Shown here piece after piece: positions 23,393 through 36,323 of a stretch of 64,000 bases of DNA. The position numbers and the translations under genes are program-made. Numbering within the stretch: the first letter of the stretch is position 1; each line of letters starts with the position of its first letter. The notes beneath the pieces are model-generated. The model ran no database searches and was not told where the DNA came from. It saw only the letters and a list, made by a program, of their open reading frames with translations. The DNA lies in contig BQFW01000004.1 in assembly GCA_020891255.1 (NCBI GenBank), positions 186,001 to 250,000 on the forward strand, written 5' to 3'. The stretch is from Entomortierella parvispora E1425. Lineage: Eukaryota > Fungi > Mortierellomycota.

Positions 23393-24557
23393 ATGGCCTC
23401 CACTCTTCGCACCGTCTCTATGGCTCTGCCCAGAGTCTCGATGGCTCGCATCCCCATCGTGGCCTTTGTGAACACACACGTCCCTCATGCCAACAGCGCC
23501 CATCCCAGTGGCTACTCTTCCATGTCCAAAAAGTCCTCTGCCACCTCCACCAACTCCTCTTCGCCCACTTGGTCCAAGGCTGCCAAGAAGGCAGCCGAGA
23601 AACTCGAGAACAATGCAAAGTCCATGTCGGGCAAGCAGGACCATCTGCGTGAGGTAAAGCAATACGACAACCCTGAAGATGAAGTCATGATGAACCTGGG
23701 TCTGGCCATGAGTTGCAACAATCAACACCAGGATCCACACGGGGACCGACAGCAACACCACAACCAGAGTGGAGGCAAGGGCAGTGTGGCAGCTCATCAT
23801 CCTTCTCACCCTCATCACAGCAAGGTGACACCGTCAGAGCCGGGTGCATTCTCGGAAGGCACGACCTTTGAGGAAACCTTGGTGAGCCAGGTGCAGGCCG
23901 ATGTTTTGCATCCGTCGGCAAGGAACAAGGAGCACGAGCAGGAGCTGGTGTCGACCTTTTGCCAGCAATTGAAGGTTAGGGAAACTCTTCTCTACAAGCT
24001 GCAGATCGTATTTTAGTGTCCTGTCTGTATCAACCCACTACGCCCCATCTTCATCATAATGACGAAGGGAGGAATGGGGAGAAGCAGCGAGTGTGGGAGA
24101 GAAAGAGATAGAAAAGACTGATAGAGACTGATTAGGAGAGAGGAAGGATGGGTGAGGAGGGAGCGTGAGTCCTTCCAACAATCCCCTTCCCCATCCTCTC
24201 TCTCACACTCGCTCAGACCTCCTCTGCTCGCCCTTCACCTTTTCCCTCTCCCCTTGAGCAAACGACAGCATCCGATCCACCAACAAACAGTCGGGATCCT
24301 GGATGCACAGCTGCGCGGACCCCTTTATTCTTTTCTTACTGTCGTCCATGAGGTTCTCTTTAACTGACCCACCGCTTGTCCTTTTCTTTCTCTAGAATGA
24401 GAGGGCCTCCAACATGAGCCAGCATGCATCGGATGCCATCCGCATGGTCGAGTCCCACAGTGTTCTCAAGCGTGACAACGCACCTGTCCATACCCTCAAT
24501 GATGAGGACTTCAGCAGCAAGTCTGCGACCTCGTCCCGCACCCACAAGGGAAAGTAA
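23393..24557 (+). CDS. Hypothetical ~247-aa protein, 2 exons (23393-23974, 24396-24557), possible mitochondrial presequence
   Basis: Donor AAG|GTTAGG, branch-like TAACTGAC at 24361 and acceptor TCTAG give an in-frame join ...FCQQLK|NERASNMSQHASDAIRMVESHS...THKGK*. The N-terminus MASTLRTVSMALPRVSMARIP is Arg/Ser/Ala-rich with no acidic residues. Confidence 0.7.
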
Positions 24558-25491
24558 AGAGAATGAACAGCTTCTGTTAGTACTCTCACTATTTCCCGCC
24601 AAAAAAAAAAAAAAAAAACTCCCTCCTCTCCACCCTAAAAAAAAACCTTCCAAAAAAAAAAGCTCCTTCCCACCCTTCCCACTTTTCCAATGTAAATATC
24701 TTCTTTTCTCCAACGAGAAGCCCCTCACTGCCATCTCTCGTTGTCGTGGCCTTCTTTTCTTTCCTCTTCCGTTGTAAATAAAAAGAGCAAAAGCAAATCG
24801 GGTCCCTTGTTTCTGGAGAAATGTCATATCATCCTCATATCCCTGCCATAGTGCTATTCTAAACAAATCTTAATCTCTGGTCCAAGGATCGTGAATCATG
24901 AAGACGAAGAAGAGGTTTATTTTGTAATGATCGAGGGGACAGAGTAACCCATCGCCATTCGCCCTGTCCCCCTTGTCTTAAGGAAGTCCTCCATATATCG
25001 CAGCTTTGGTCGAGGCGTCTATGGTTCCATCCAGCTGTGAGAATAGCTGCCGTTGTCCACGACCATTCTACTGCTACTGCCATTGAGTTTAGTCTGCCAC
25101 CAGTTTTCCCCCGCCTCCTTCCTAACTCTATACCATATTCACATTGCACACACCGGGAGCAAGCTTTACTAGCTCGGAAAGAATGTACAAATGCTGTCTT
25201 CCTCCGGCTGATCAAGTCGGATGCCGCGGGTTTGAAAGTTAAAGTAGGCCGTAAAGTTATAAAAGAGGAGTAGGCGTTGCTGGTGTGCTTGCCTCTGATC
25301 ATTAGCGCGTTCTTGTTTTTCTTGTCGTCCCTGTTGTTTTTGATAATGTTTTTGATTTGGTTGTTGTTGTGTCCATGGATGACAACTGTCCATCCCAGAC
25401 TCGACCCCAATGATCTCGATCTCGCGTTCTTGCGGTCGATGATTTTGTTTTTGTTGTTGTATCCATAGGCGCCCTCATATTCCACGCGGAG

Positions 25492-26867
25492 TCAAGCCTT
25501 GGTGAGTCGGAACATCTTGCTGAATCCATTCTTGACAGTAGAGACTCCATCCGAGCCTGACGATCCAGAGGCATGTCCCAAAGGATGCTTCAATGCCTTG
25601 CCACGCTTGTATCCGTCAATGTACTGGATCTGGTTGTTGTTGAAGCATCCACGACGACGACGGCGGATAAATTCGACAGTGTCAAGGTTGGCCATACCAA
25701 GCTCGATCATGGCCAAAGCGACCAGGATAGGAGCACGGCCGAGTCCCGCCACGCAGTGAACAGCAATTGTAGGTGGGACGAATGAAGGACTATCCTCGTC
25801 GTCGGATGCAGAGGCAGGAGAGTTGGCTCGGGAGTTGCGAGTGCCGCTGGAGGCGTTGGAGGTGCGTCGGCGGGTGATGCGACTGTCGACGAGCTGGAGC
25901 CAGTTCTTGATGATGGGAGTAGGGGGCTATGACCATGAAAGAGAGACTGAGGTTAATGGTTTTGTTTGCGCACTGATCACCTTGCATGTCTGCACTGATC
26001 GCACACACAGACACACAGACACACAGACACACAGACTCTGTTGCCACCAATGTTCAAGGAACGCTATTTAATTGTTGGTGGTTGCTGTTGCAACTTGCAA
26101 GGTGGTTGTTTGCTCTCTGTCTCTCTCTTGCTCTTGCTCTTCACCGCTCTTGCCTCCAGACCAACAGCAAAGCATCACCAACACCTCCTGCATTTCCGCC
26201 ATCCTTGTGTTCTGATCTTATTACTCTCACTCCCTCCAGAGAAAATTCATCGCAGGCACGCGTGTCCACATTGTCGATCTAGCGAGATCCATTGGTCCAT
26301 AGTCACACAGCCTCTCTTCCTCCCTTTCCCCTTTCCTCTCCTTTTCCTTGCACAGCTTGCATAGCTTGGGCCTCATCAGCAGTTGGTGCATATCACTGAA
26401 AAAAAGAACAAAAAAAAAAAAGTTGCTTCTGGGCAAACATTGCTTACCACAGCACCATCTCGGAACGGCCAGTCATGGACCTCGATCCTCTCTGCCTGGA
26501 GAGTCTCGGCTCTATAAGTTGGTTCGCAGCAACGAACCACGTCCGTCACATTGTGTCTCTTCAGTTCCGCCAAATAAAAAGGCAAAGTCGAATCGGTCGG
26601 ACAATCCAGGATCAGGAACCGCACGGACTTTGTCATAGGAGGCTCGATCAAAGTCAGTTGCTTGCCCAAAGGTGCCAAACCCGGACTGCGAGGAGGGGTG
26701 GGCAAACGCAAAAGGCGGGCAACGGCCGTTGGGGGGTTCACGACCGTGGTGTTGGAGGAGGTGGAGGAGTCGTCCGAAGACACGGTTCGGACCATGCTGG
26801 GCGAAGAAGAGCGGGCGGAGGGGGAAGCAACGGTGACAGGAGCGACTGTGTGCATCGTGAGGGTCAT
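25492..26867 (-). CDS. PTP4A: PRL/PTP4A-family protein tyrosine phosphatase, 2 coding exons (26867-26448, 25926-25492)
   Basis: [29 protein letters not shown]-loop DWPFRDG, P-loop [20 protein letters not shown] (CX5R followed by Ala, a PRL hallmark), [10 protein letters not shown]. Confidence 0.92.
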
Positions 26868-27438
26868 TGCTGGGTAGATTTTTTTTGGACTTTTTTTTTT
26901 TTTTGGAGTGGAGTTGGGACTGGAGAAAGGGTCAGTTTGTTGGTGAAAAAGAGAACACAATAGCTTGTCCAGAAAAAAAACAAGAGTCCGTTGCGAGATC
27001 AAGCAAAAGGAATGTTAAAGTCGGCGATTTGTCGATCCAAGAGAAAGCAGGCGTAAGGTGTCGGTGAAAATGAGAGTCAGTCGGCAGAGGGGGGCCGGTG
27101 GGTTTCTAATTCTGCAGACAGGAGGAAAAGCGAGGTAGAGAGAGAGAGAGAGGCGAAGAAAAGAGAGAAAAGTGAAGGAGGAAGTGGAAGAAAGAGAAAG
27201 AAAGATGACAAGAGAAAAGAGAGTTGCATTGAGCAAATGTGTTAATACCTTGCAGGATCTTTTTTTAACAAACTGAGAGACCAAAAATCCCAAATGCAAT
27301 GTAGAGAGAGATCAAAGAGGCGTGTGCGACGTTGAGAGCAATGTGGACCAAAGAGTCAGCGAAGTGAAGGAAGAGGAGAGATTGACCACCTGGTGTTGCA
27401 CGCAAGTATACAGCAACAGCAGCGAAGGGCAGGATCGT

Positions 27439-27498
27439 TCACGGCAAGGCAGGGTGGGTCATAGCTGGTCCGTATTGAAATATAGGCGATGTGACCAT
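27439..27498 (-). other. Candidate uORF (MVTSPIFQYGPAMTHPALP*) in the predicted PRL 5' leader
   Basis: ATG in gcgcATGG context, 28 nt after a polypyrimidine tract and CAACAG acceptor (exon start 27526). Confidence 0.4.
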
Positions 27499-28796
27499 GC
27501 GCGAGATCTTTTCGGGCAGAAGAATGCTGTTGTGAGAGTCACGAATAGGGAAAGTGAAGGCAGAAGCGGGGAGATAGAAAGAGAGAAGAAAGGAAGAAAG
27601 ATACAACGAGAGAAAGAAGAATATGGACAATGGGAAAGAGAAGAGAGGAAAGAAAAAAAAAAGAAAAATAGATGTCGTCGTCATTCCGGTTCACACGTAG
27701 AATTGACCGAAGTTGTCTTGGTTCTCAGTCCGGGGAGAGAAAGAGGAGGTGGGGTCTGATCTCATCTTCCCTCCACACCACACAGCATAGCTGTCATCCT
27801 TTTGACCCCATGTTTGCCTATCCCCTGGACTGTGCTCGACTCTCACGCGAGCAGGGGTGTTGGTCTCTCCTTTGTGGAACATCACGAAAAACCTGTCCCT
27901 GTGCCCCCTCCAAGGCACATCGGCGGCCGCTCCTTATCTTTTCGGAGCGGACCAAAGAGAAGAGAGGAAGGGAGGACCCATGCTCACACACCCGACTTTA
28001 AGGTTGTGAGAGGGGGAAAGGGGCCCTCGGAAAAGATTTTGCAGGCGGGGGGCTGGAAGGAGAGAGGGGACAGTAGAGCAGCAGAGTAGACACCCTTTTG
28101 GAGGTCTCCATCCACCTTTCTGCCCCCTCCTTCATCTGGAGAGGATGGACAAATGAACACTGGCAAGTTTTGGTCTCTTGGACTTTGGACCCCCGGGGAA
28201 AGGGGGAAGAAGGAGAAGGAGAAGGAGAAGGAGGAAGGAATAAAATGATGGCCTTGGTTGCATGCATGCCTGTTTGTCTGTTGTGTGTGTATGTGTGTTT
28301 GTGCGTGTGTTTGCAGTGTGCTATGTGCGTTGTGTGTTCAGACTCACCTTTGATTCAGTCGAGGTAGGTTCTTCCGTTGTCGTTTCCCAGGCACAAGTAG
28401 GTATAAAGATGAAGAGAGTGGGGAATAGAGCGAGCGAGCGAAAGTGCGGGGTTTTATACGTTGAAGTGAAGAAGAAGAGAACAGTAAAAAAGCGAGTGGC
28501 AGGACTCCCTATGGGTCGTCAAGGCAGGAGGACGAGTAGAAGAGGCTGCAAGTGGAAAAGGAGGCACAGGAGGAGGCGGAGGTGTCAGAGTCGCCAGCTG
28601 CGGCACGTCGAGAAAGCGAGTTGGTGGCGAGGGCAGATTGGGAATGGGCAGGACTGAATAAGGAGCGGTTTTTTCTCATTGATGAACTGGCAGTCGCGAA
28701 TGGAGAAGCATCCACCTGGGAAAAGGAAAGGGATAAAGAAGGCAAAGGGAGGAGGAGGGTGAAGGGTGAAGGGTGAAGGGTGAAGAGCAAGGCAGT

Positions 28797-28831
<35 letters not shown>

Positions 28832-29355
28832 GGAAGAAGAGGAAGAAAAGGAGGTAGTAGAAGAAGTGGGGAAGAAGTGGGGAAGAGAGAGAGAAAGAGA
28901 GAGAGAGGGAGAGAGAGAAAGAAAGACAGAGGGATGAGAAAGAAAGAGGAGAAACCGTGCCTGTGCGGAGACATGCCCTGCTCTGATGGGATCGCTGATG
29001 TGGTGGCAATGCAATGCAATGCAATGCGCGAATTATTCTGCAGAGAAAAGTAATAAAAAAAAATCACGCATCTTTGTCCTTTGCCCATCTCCGCTGGTCT
29101 CTTCGTTTTGCCTCTTGGGCGTAAAGTCAGCCCTGCTGATCTGTGAGGTAATCTCATCCGCCGTAGGTGCAGACTCTGGTTCCAGTCCTGGTTGCCGAGT
29201 GGTGGTTGGGTTGCATTGCTTGCAGATTCTCCTCGGACTGTGGTGCCCTCAAGATCCCCTTGTCTCTCTTCTTGCCACGCGAGAAATCCAAGCCCAGCGA
29301 CCTACGCGCCCCTTAAACCTCTTTTCTTGATTTTGGTCGCAGTGCGCCTCATTGC

Positions 29356-32300
29356 ATGGTCGCTTGCATCTCCTTCGTCGTCCTTTACTTTCTTTTCCTC
29401 ATGTTCCGGTACCGTCCCGCCGACTACTGCGACAAAGAGACCGCTCGGTGTCGTATTGCCCCTTCTCGCCTCCAGAATGCTGGCCTGTCGCTTGGACAAT
29501 GGGTCTCATTGGTCCTCAATGCCAGCTCTGCTCATGGTCATGGACCTGATCAGATCTTTTGCCGAGTCTGGCCTTCGCGACACGAAAACCACATGGACAA
29601 CGTGCTCGTAGATCGGTCCATATTTCTCCGAGAGGATGACGGTCACCAGAGTGACAACAACGCCAATAGTTCAACGGGGATGACGCCGAGCGGCCAAAAT
29701 GCAGTAACAAAGGGAACCAGCCGAGACCTGTTCTACGGTATGTTGCAACAGCTGGCATCATTGCTCTTTAACCGTCTGCGTCCAGACTTCTAAACTTATT
29801 TCTTCTTTTTGAATTGGGGCTGGATGCAGAGTTAGTGCCGATGAGGACACCCATTGCAAAGGCACAGCGCCTTGAAGTCGTTGTTTCTAGGTTGCAGCCT
29901 CAGCAGCAACCGCAGGAAGATCAGACTGGAAGCAACGGATCCATCTATGATGATGCAACAGATCATATGAGGCGAAACGTAAGGGCATCTCCCAGTTCCC
30001 CTTCTTCAAGAACAATGAGAAATAGACGTTACCGACCGTTGACCCCCTTTACTATGCATGCTGAACAAACCAACGCTAGATGATCCATCAAGTTCTCGAG
30101 ACGTTAGTCGTTCAAGAAAGGTTTACTGTCTCGAGTCAACATGCTGGATTGACCATCAAGGTATACAATAATTATCAGAGGCTAGAACGAATGATGGAGA
30201 GAACAGGCCAACCAGATAGCCACCTTGTAGAAACGTGGACGGCTGACTCCTTATTGTTCCATCCTTCAGATCAAGTCTAGTGTACCGGCTTCTGGACCAG
30301 TCCTCGTTGTCAAAGGAACACAGATCATCATTCGGACAGCGGACGAAATCAAGAAGGAGCAGGACTTCGCAGTCACCGATCGTGCAGCCACAGCGCCGAC
30401 AATCAATCAATCCAAAGACATCTCTCAACAGCAACACGGTCTCCGCATCCTCCCAGGTCTGGAAGCACCTCTCAAAGCCCTGTTGGAGGTCGTCTCTTAT
30501 CCACTCCTTTATCCGGATCTCATCTCTCAGCTCAATATCGAATGCCCCAAAGGCATTCTCCTTCACGGTCCTCCAGGAGTCGGGAAGACATTGCTTGTTT
30601 CCACAGTCGCATCTATCTGCAACGCCTCAATGATCACGCTCTATGGACCAGAAATCTTTGGACCGTATGTAGGAGAATCTGAGGAAAAGCTTCGCCAAAA
30701 GTTCGCACAGGCGTCTCGCCTTGCACTTTCCGATACAAAACGACCTGTCATGATTTTTATCGATGAGTTGGACGCTTTGACCCCTCATCGCACGGATGCT
30801 CAGGCGCACGAGTCAAGAGTAGTGGCCCAGTTGTTGACTTTGATGGATGGTGTGAGCTCCAGGGGCAGGGTTGTTGTCATTGCAGCTACCAACCGTCCGA
30901 ACGCGATTGATCCCGCGTTGAGAAGACCTGGAAGATTCGATCGGGAGATCAGGATGGAAGTGCCCCGTGAAGAGAGTAGAGCCAAGATTCTGGAAGGATT
31001 GATCCAGGATATGCCACATACCTTGACAGATGACGAGCTGAAACGATTGGCGAGGATGACAAACGGCTTTGTAGGCGCAGATCTGGAGGCGCTCTGTCGC
31101 GAGAGTGCACTGAATGCGGTCCACAAAAGTCTCGCTACTGGAACTTCGGTAGAGGGTAAAGCTGGATCATCTACTGTCAAAGTGACGATGGCCGACTTCA
31201 AAAAGGCATTCAGTGTCAACGCGCCTTCATTACAACGTGGTTATGGTGTCGTTGTCGAACCGGTCCAGTGGTCCGACATTGGTGGACTAGAGTCTGTGAA
31301 GACTCAGCTGCGACAAGCTGTGGAATGGCCTGTGCTATACAAGGACACATTCTCTCGCCTTGGTCTTAAAGCGCCCCGTGGTATTTTGCTTTATGGACCT
31401 CCTGGTTGCAGTAAGACAACTCTGGTGAAGGCAATTGCAACCAATTCAGGAGCTTCTTTCTTGTCAGTCAATGGCGCAGCGCTATACAGTTCATATGTAG
31501 GCGATTCTGAAAAGACGATCCGGGAAACCTTTCATCAGGCTCGACTCTCCGCCCCTTCCATCATCTTCTTTGATGAGATTGATACGATTGTGGGCAAACG
31601 AAACTTCTCTGCAGGAGGAGGGGGCGATGGCGGCGGAGACAGTGTCCAGGAGAGAGTATTGTCGACCATGCTGAACGAGATGGATGGCGTTGAAAACGCA
31701 GCTGGAGTGTTGATCGTAGCGGCCACAAATCGTGTAGATTTAATCGATAAGGCACTCCTTCGACCTGGACGATTCGATCGCGTCGTTTATGTAAGTCTGT
31801 CAACATTCTTTCTCCATTTCTCTCTTTTTTCATTTGAACGCAGAAAAGCTGAGCTCAACTTTTTTTTTTTTTTGCATTGCTAGGTCCCCCCGCCAGATTT
31901 GCAGGCTAGAAGACAGATCATGGACATCTACACCAGAGATATTCCACTAGCAAGGGATGTTGACCTGGACGCTATTGCACAAACAGTGAGTTCTGTTTCT
32001 TGATGCAAATTCTACTACCCTCTTTTTTCGATGTTGCTTTCTAATGAATGTCTACAATCGATATCATCATTCTAGACTGAGCTTTACACCGGAGCGGATT
32101 TGCAGAATGTCTGCCGAGAGGCTGCTCTTATTGCCCTGAGAACTCGTATTCTGGGCAACGGATCATTCACCAAAAACTCGACGTCAGAAGCAGCAGCGGA
32201 ACAAATGCCAGTCGACGATGCTTCCCCCCCTGAGCCAGTGGTAAGGGTCTCTTGATTCACCGTTTACCTTTTTAATTCTTATTTCCATGTTCTCACCTTG

Positions 32301-32420
32301 TGCGAATCTAATATTTTCTAGAATGCGGATGATTTTGCTCAATCTTTACTGTCTGTCAAGCCATCCTTGACGCCTGCCATGCTACTTGAATACAGCGGAA
32401 CAGGCACCAAGGCTTTTTAG
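29356..32420 (+). CDS. AFG2B: Type II AAA+ ATPase of the CDC48/AFG2 clade, most like AFG2B/SPATA5L1; multi-exon; start at 29356 or 29401
   Basis: D1 has GPPGVGKT, IFIDELD and ATNRPNAIDPALRRPGRFDRE. D2 has GPPGCSKTTLVKAIAT, FLSVNGAALYSSYVGDSEK, IFFDEID and VQERVLSTMLNEMDG. The final exon ends ...EYSGTGTKAF*. Confidence 0.8.
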
Positions 32421-32579
32421 GCTGCGTTCTCGCCCTCACTGTATCATCATACATGTAAAATATCATAAAGGCATTCTAAAACTGAGACCAGTGTGTACCC
32501 TTAATCAAATGAGATATGCTGGAGTGGACCATCATCCACTCCTTCTCCCTCCATCCACCTTCAACCATCGCCCCATTCA

Positions 32580-35500
32580 ATGACGGACCGACACAGCAGA
32601 CTTAGGACCCGACTCTGGTTCTCGCTGTCTGCCTCGCTGGCGACCATTGTCGCAGTTTCCCTAGTCATGACTGGCAGTGCAGATGCCTCTATTTCCCACG
32701 ACTCACCCATGGATGCCTCGGGCTCTTTCCACCTCAACGACATTCAATTCCAGAGCGGCGGTAATGCCTTCTCCTCGGTTGAAGCGGCCGCGGCTCAGAA
32801 CCAGAGTCTTCTCTGGGGTGTCTACAGACCCAACCTCTACTTTGGAACCCGGCCTCGACTCCCCAACTCGGTTATGACTGGCCTCATGTGGTTTGGAACT
32901 CAGGACTACTCTGGCATCGATAGTACGTATTTTCCAGGGCGAGTGGACAGCACGCGTCTCAAGGAATGGAAGCGCGTCGAATCGTGTGGCTTCAGAACAA
33001 AAGGATCTTCTTTTTCTAACAGGTGTCGCTCTATCGATCGTTATTGTGAGAATAGATATTCGCCATGGGTGCGAGGAGGGCGACAAATTTGAAAAGTACG
33101 GATGGCTCAAGCATGATGGACGGTCATTCGGAGTCCAGCAGCTCAAGGATACCCGCAACAATGTCGAGCTGACGACTGATTTCATCAAGATCCCCGGAGG
33201 AGAGCATGGTAAATGAGGGCTCAGGTCTTTTCATGGGATCAGCGACTGTTGTTCATTTGCTAATAGTACTTTGCTTCATTCTCACAGGAGGATCTTGGGG
33301 AGCCAGGATCTCCGGAAAACCCATTCGGCAAGGTATGTCAAAGGAGACAGGCGCTATAGTCTGAAAAACTTGAGCTTTGTGAAGCAATACTAACCTGATC
33401 TGATTTCGATCGTAGGCGAACCAATGTCTATCTCAGCGATATACTACATGGGCATCGATGGCGAAGGGAATTTTGATATCAATACAAAGAAGTTTGTAAG
33501 CCCTTGTTCAGTGTCATTGCGTTAATGGCCAGGGAGAACGTGCCTCTGATATGATGGGCTGACGCTCACTCTCTTTGTAGGCTCCCAAGTCACCTGTTCA
33601 ATTCGGAGGAAACACCCCAGATCTGGGCAACTTTGAGTTCACAGTGGAGCAGAGTAAGTTGACAGGAAATGACCAGTCTATACTCACAGGTGCGCCAGGT
33701 GCTAACATGGATGCCTTTATTAGCCAAGGGAGCGGACAAGTCAAGCCCAATCCACTATCTCTCTGCGGAGCTTCCTTTAAACAGCGTTTGGAGAATGAAG
33801 GGTACGTGCGTTTTAACTACCAACAGTCGCATGCTGTAATACGTGTACACTAATGTAAGATCTCCGCTGCGTTTTCTTTCGACCATATAGATTTCTCACG
33901 TGAAATGATAATCCAGTCTGCTCAGAAAGCTCAGGATTCAGGAAGACAGTTCACTCCTCAGCAGCTTTTTACCCTTCCGAGCCAGTCGTTGGGCGAAACT
34001 TCCAACTTGTTGGCTCTTCAGATGAGCTACGATGGCGAGTTTGAGGTATTGTGGTGAAGCATGGAAGGCATTTGTTTTAGCAAATGGTACATTTCCAGTA
34101 TCTTACTGATGTTCATATCTGCTTTGTAGTTTGAGGTTCGTTTCAACTCGAAATCATCACCCAGCCCAGTCACCAGCGCCACTATGAGCTCAGGACTCTC
34201 AAGGGCGATCGATGCTTTTGATAAGCGATTTGAACGTACTTTCCACCTCAAGGAATCTGGATACTCTGACTCGATGGTCGACTTTGCAAAAGCCACCATG
34301 AGTAACCTGATCGGCGGCATGGGGTAAGGAGGAATCACCGTTTCAGTTGGAAGTATGGAATGACAAGCGTGCTTCAGTCGAGGACTAATGGTGCCTATTG
34401 TCCTATTACCTATAGTTTCTTTCACGGATCAGCTATCGTGGATGAATCTCCCACGTTTGAGGATGGTCAAAATGAGCATTTGGAAGGACCAGTTGCGCGC
34501 CGTCCTTCCCCTGACCCTCAGATGACCCTTCCTGCTTCCTTGTTTACTGCCGTTCCTTCGCGTTCGTTCTTTCCCCGCGGGTTCTACTGGGACGAGGGCT
34601 TCCATCAGTCGCTCATGGGTCAGTGGGATAACGACCTCAGGTAAGTAGCTTGGAAGTCAGTCACCTTGTCCATCGTGTGGCTGTAATCCTACTCACTAAA
34701 CCAAACATTACAATTCTTAGTTTGGAGGTGATCGAGAGTTGGTACAATCGTCAGGACAACGATGGCTGGATTCAGCGCGAGCAGATTTTGGGAGATGAGG
34801 CAAGAAGTCGTGTGCCCAAGGAATTTCAGGTGCAATACCCAGAGCATGCAAACCCACCGACGTTCCTTCAGGCCATCAGTTGTTACATTGCTCGTCTGAA
34901 CAATGTCACCCAGGTTTACTCTGTGGATGCCCTTGGTGATAGCGCCTCCCTTGACCATGAGCTGGACGTTACCAATGCTCGCTTGGTGAACCGAGAGCTT
35001 GCAACAGAGTACCTGTCAAATCTCTACCCAAAACTGCGCACCAACTACCAATGGATGAGAAGGACCATGCAGGGTAAAATCCGTGAGTATGGTCGTCACT
35101 CCCGCTCCCGTATGGAGGGTTACCGTTGGAGGGGCCGCACCATGACCCACACTCTTACATCCGGACTGGATGACTACCCAAGAGCTGCTAGTCCCCACGT
35201 GGCCGAGCTTCATGTGGATCTTTTGTCCTGGATCGGGTTTATGAGTCGCAATCTTCAGGATATTGCAACACTCATTGGTGAAGAGGACGATGCAGAGGAG
35301 TTTGAAGAACATTACGCCAACATTAAGGCAAACATCCATGGTACGTTGTCGGACTCTTTCGGGACTATGTGTTAACTCCTGGAGGAAGAATGACCCGTTA
35401 ATTTGTTATCGATGTTCTTTTTATTCTTTCTTTAGATCTTCACTGGAACAATAATGAAAAGACTTTCTGCGACGTTACAGTGGATGAGAATGAAGACAGC

Positions 35501-36164
35501 GTCCATGTTTGCCACAAGGGATATGTCTCACTCTTCCCAGTGCTGATGGGCCTCGTTGACGCAGATTCAGATGAGCTTGGACATATCCTCGACCTGATGT
35601 ATGACCCCGAGGAAATGTGGACTCCTTATGGTTTGCGCTCACTTTCAGCCAAGGATGAGTTCTTTGGCACTGGAGAGAACTACTGGAAGGGTCCTATTTG
35701 GATCAACATCAACTATTTGGCGGTCCACTCACTCAAGACCGTAAGTGTTTTTTTTTTTTTTTTTTTTTAAAAAAAAATATCGGTTTGTGAACCAAATGCC
35801 GTCTTGCTGATGTAACCTCAATGCTGGGCATTTATAGAACTACGTTGGCAAGGGACCCCACCAGGCAAAGGCCAAAAAGATTTACAACGAGTTGCGGGAC
35901 AACCTCATCCACAACATTTTCAAGGTAAGAGCGTAACAGCCTATTTTTTTTTTTTTTTAATTTTTTTTTGCTTCGTAGTCTGTTAATTGTTCTGATCTTT
36001 GACCCTGACCTCGCTACGATGTTCTCGTTGAGCAGGAATACGACCGATCTGGATTTGTGTGGGAGCAGTACAATGACAAGACTGGATATGGGCAACGCAG
36101 CCATCCCTTCACTGGTTGGACGTCGATGGTTGTGCTGATGATGCAAATGGGGCGAGCCGAATAG
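32580..36164 (+). CDS. CWH41: Mannosyl-oligosaccharide glucosidase (processing alpha-glucosidase I, GH63), about 13 exons
   Basis: N-terminal hydrophobic anchor. Motifs [107 protein letters not shown]. Confidence 0.95.
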
Positions 36165-36323
36165 ACAAAAACAGTACCACCACTTTCATATTTCTATCTA
36201 CAACAGTTTACAATATATGAGCGAGGAGATGCGTTCGCCCAATAAACCTCTTTTGGCAAACACGGGCTGTTTGTCAGTCAACCTCGTCTACTATAAGACA
36301 ACCGATGAGAATGTTAGTCCGAA

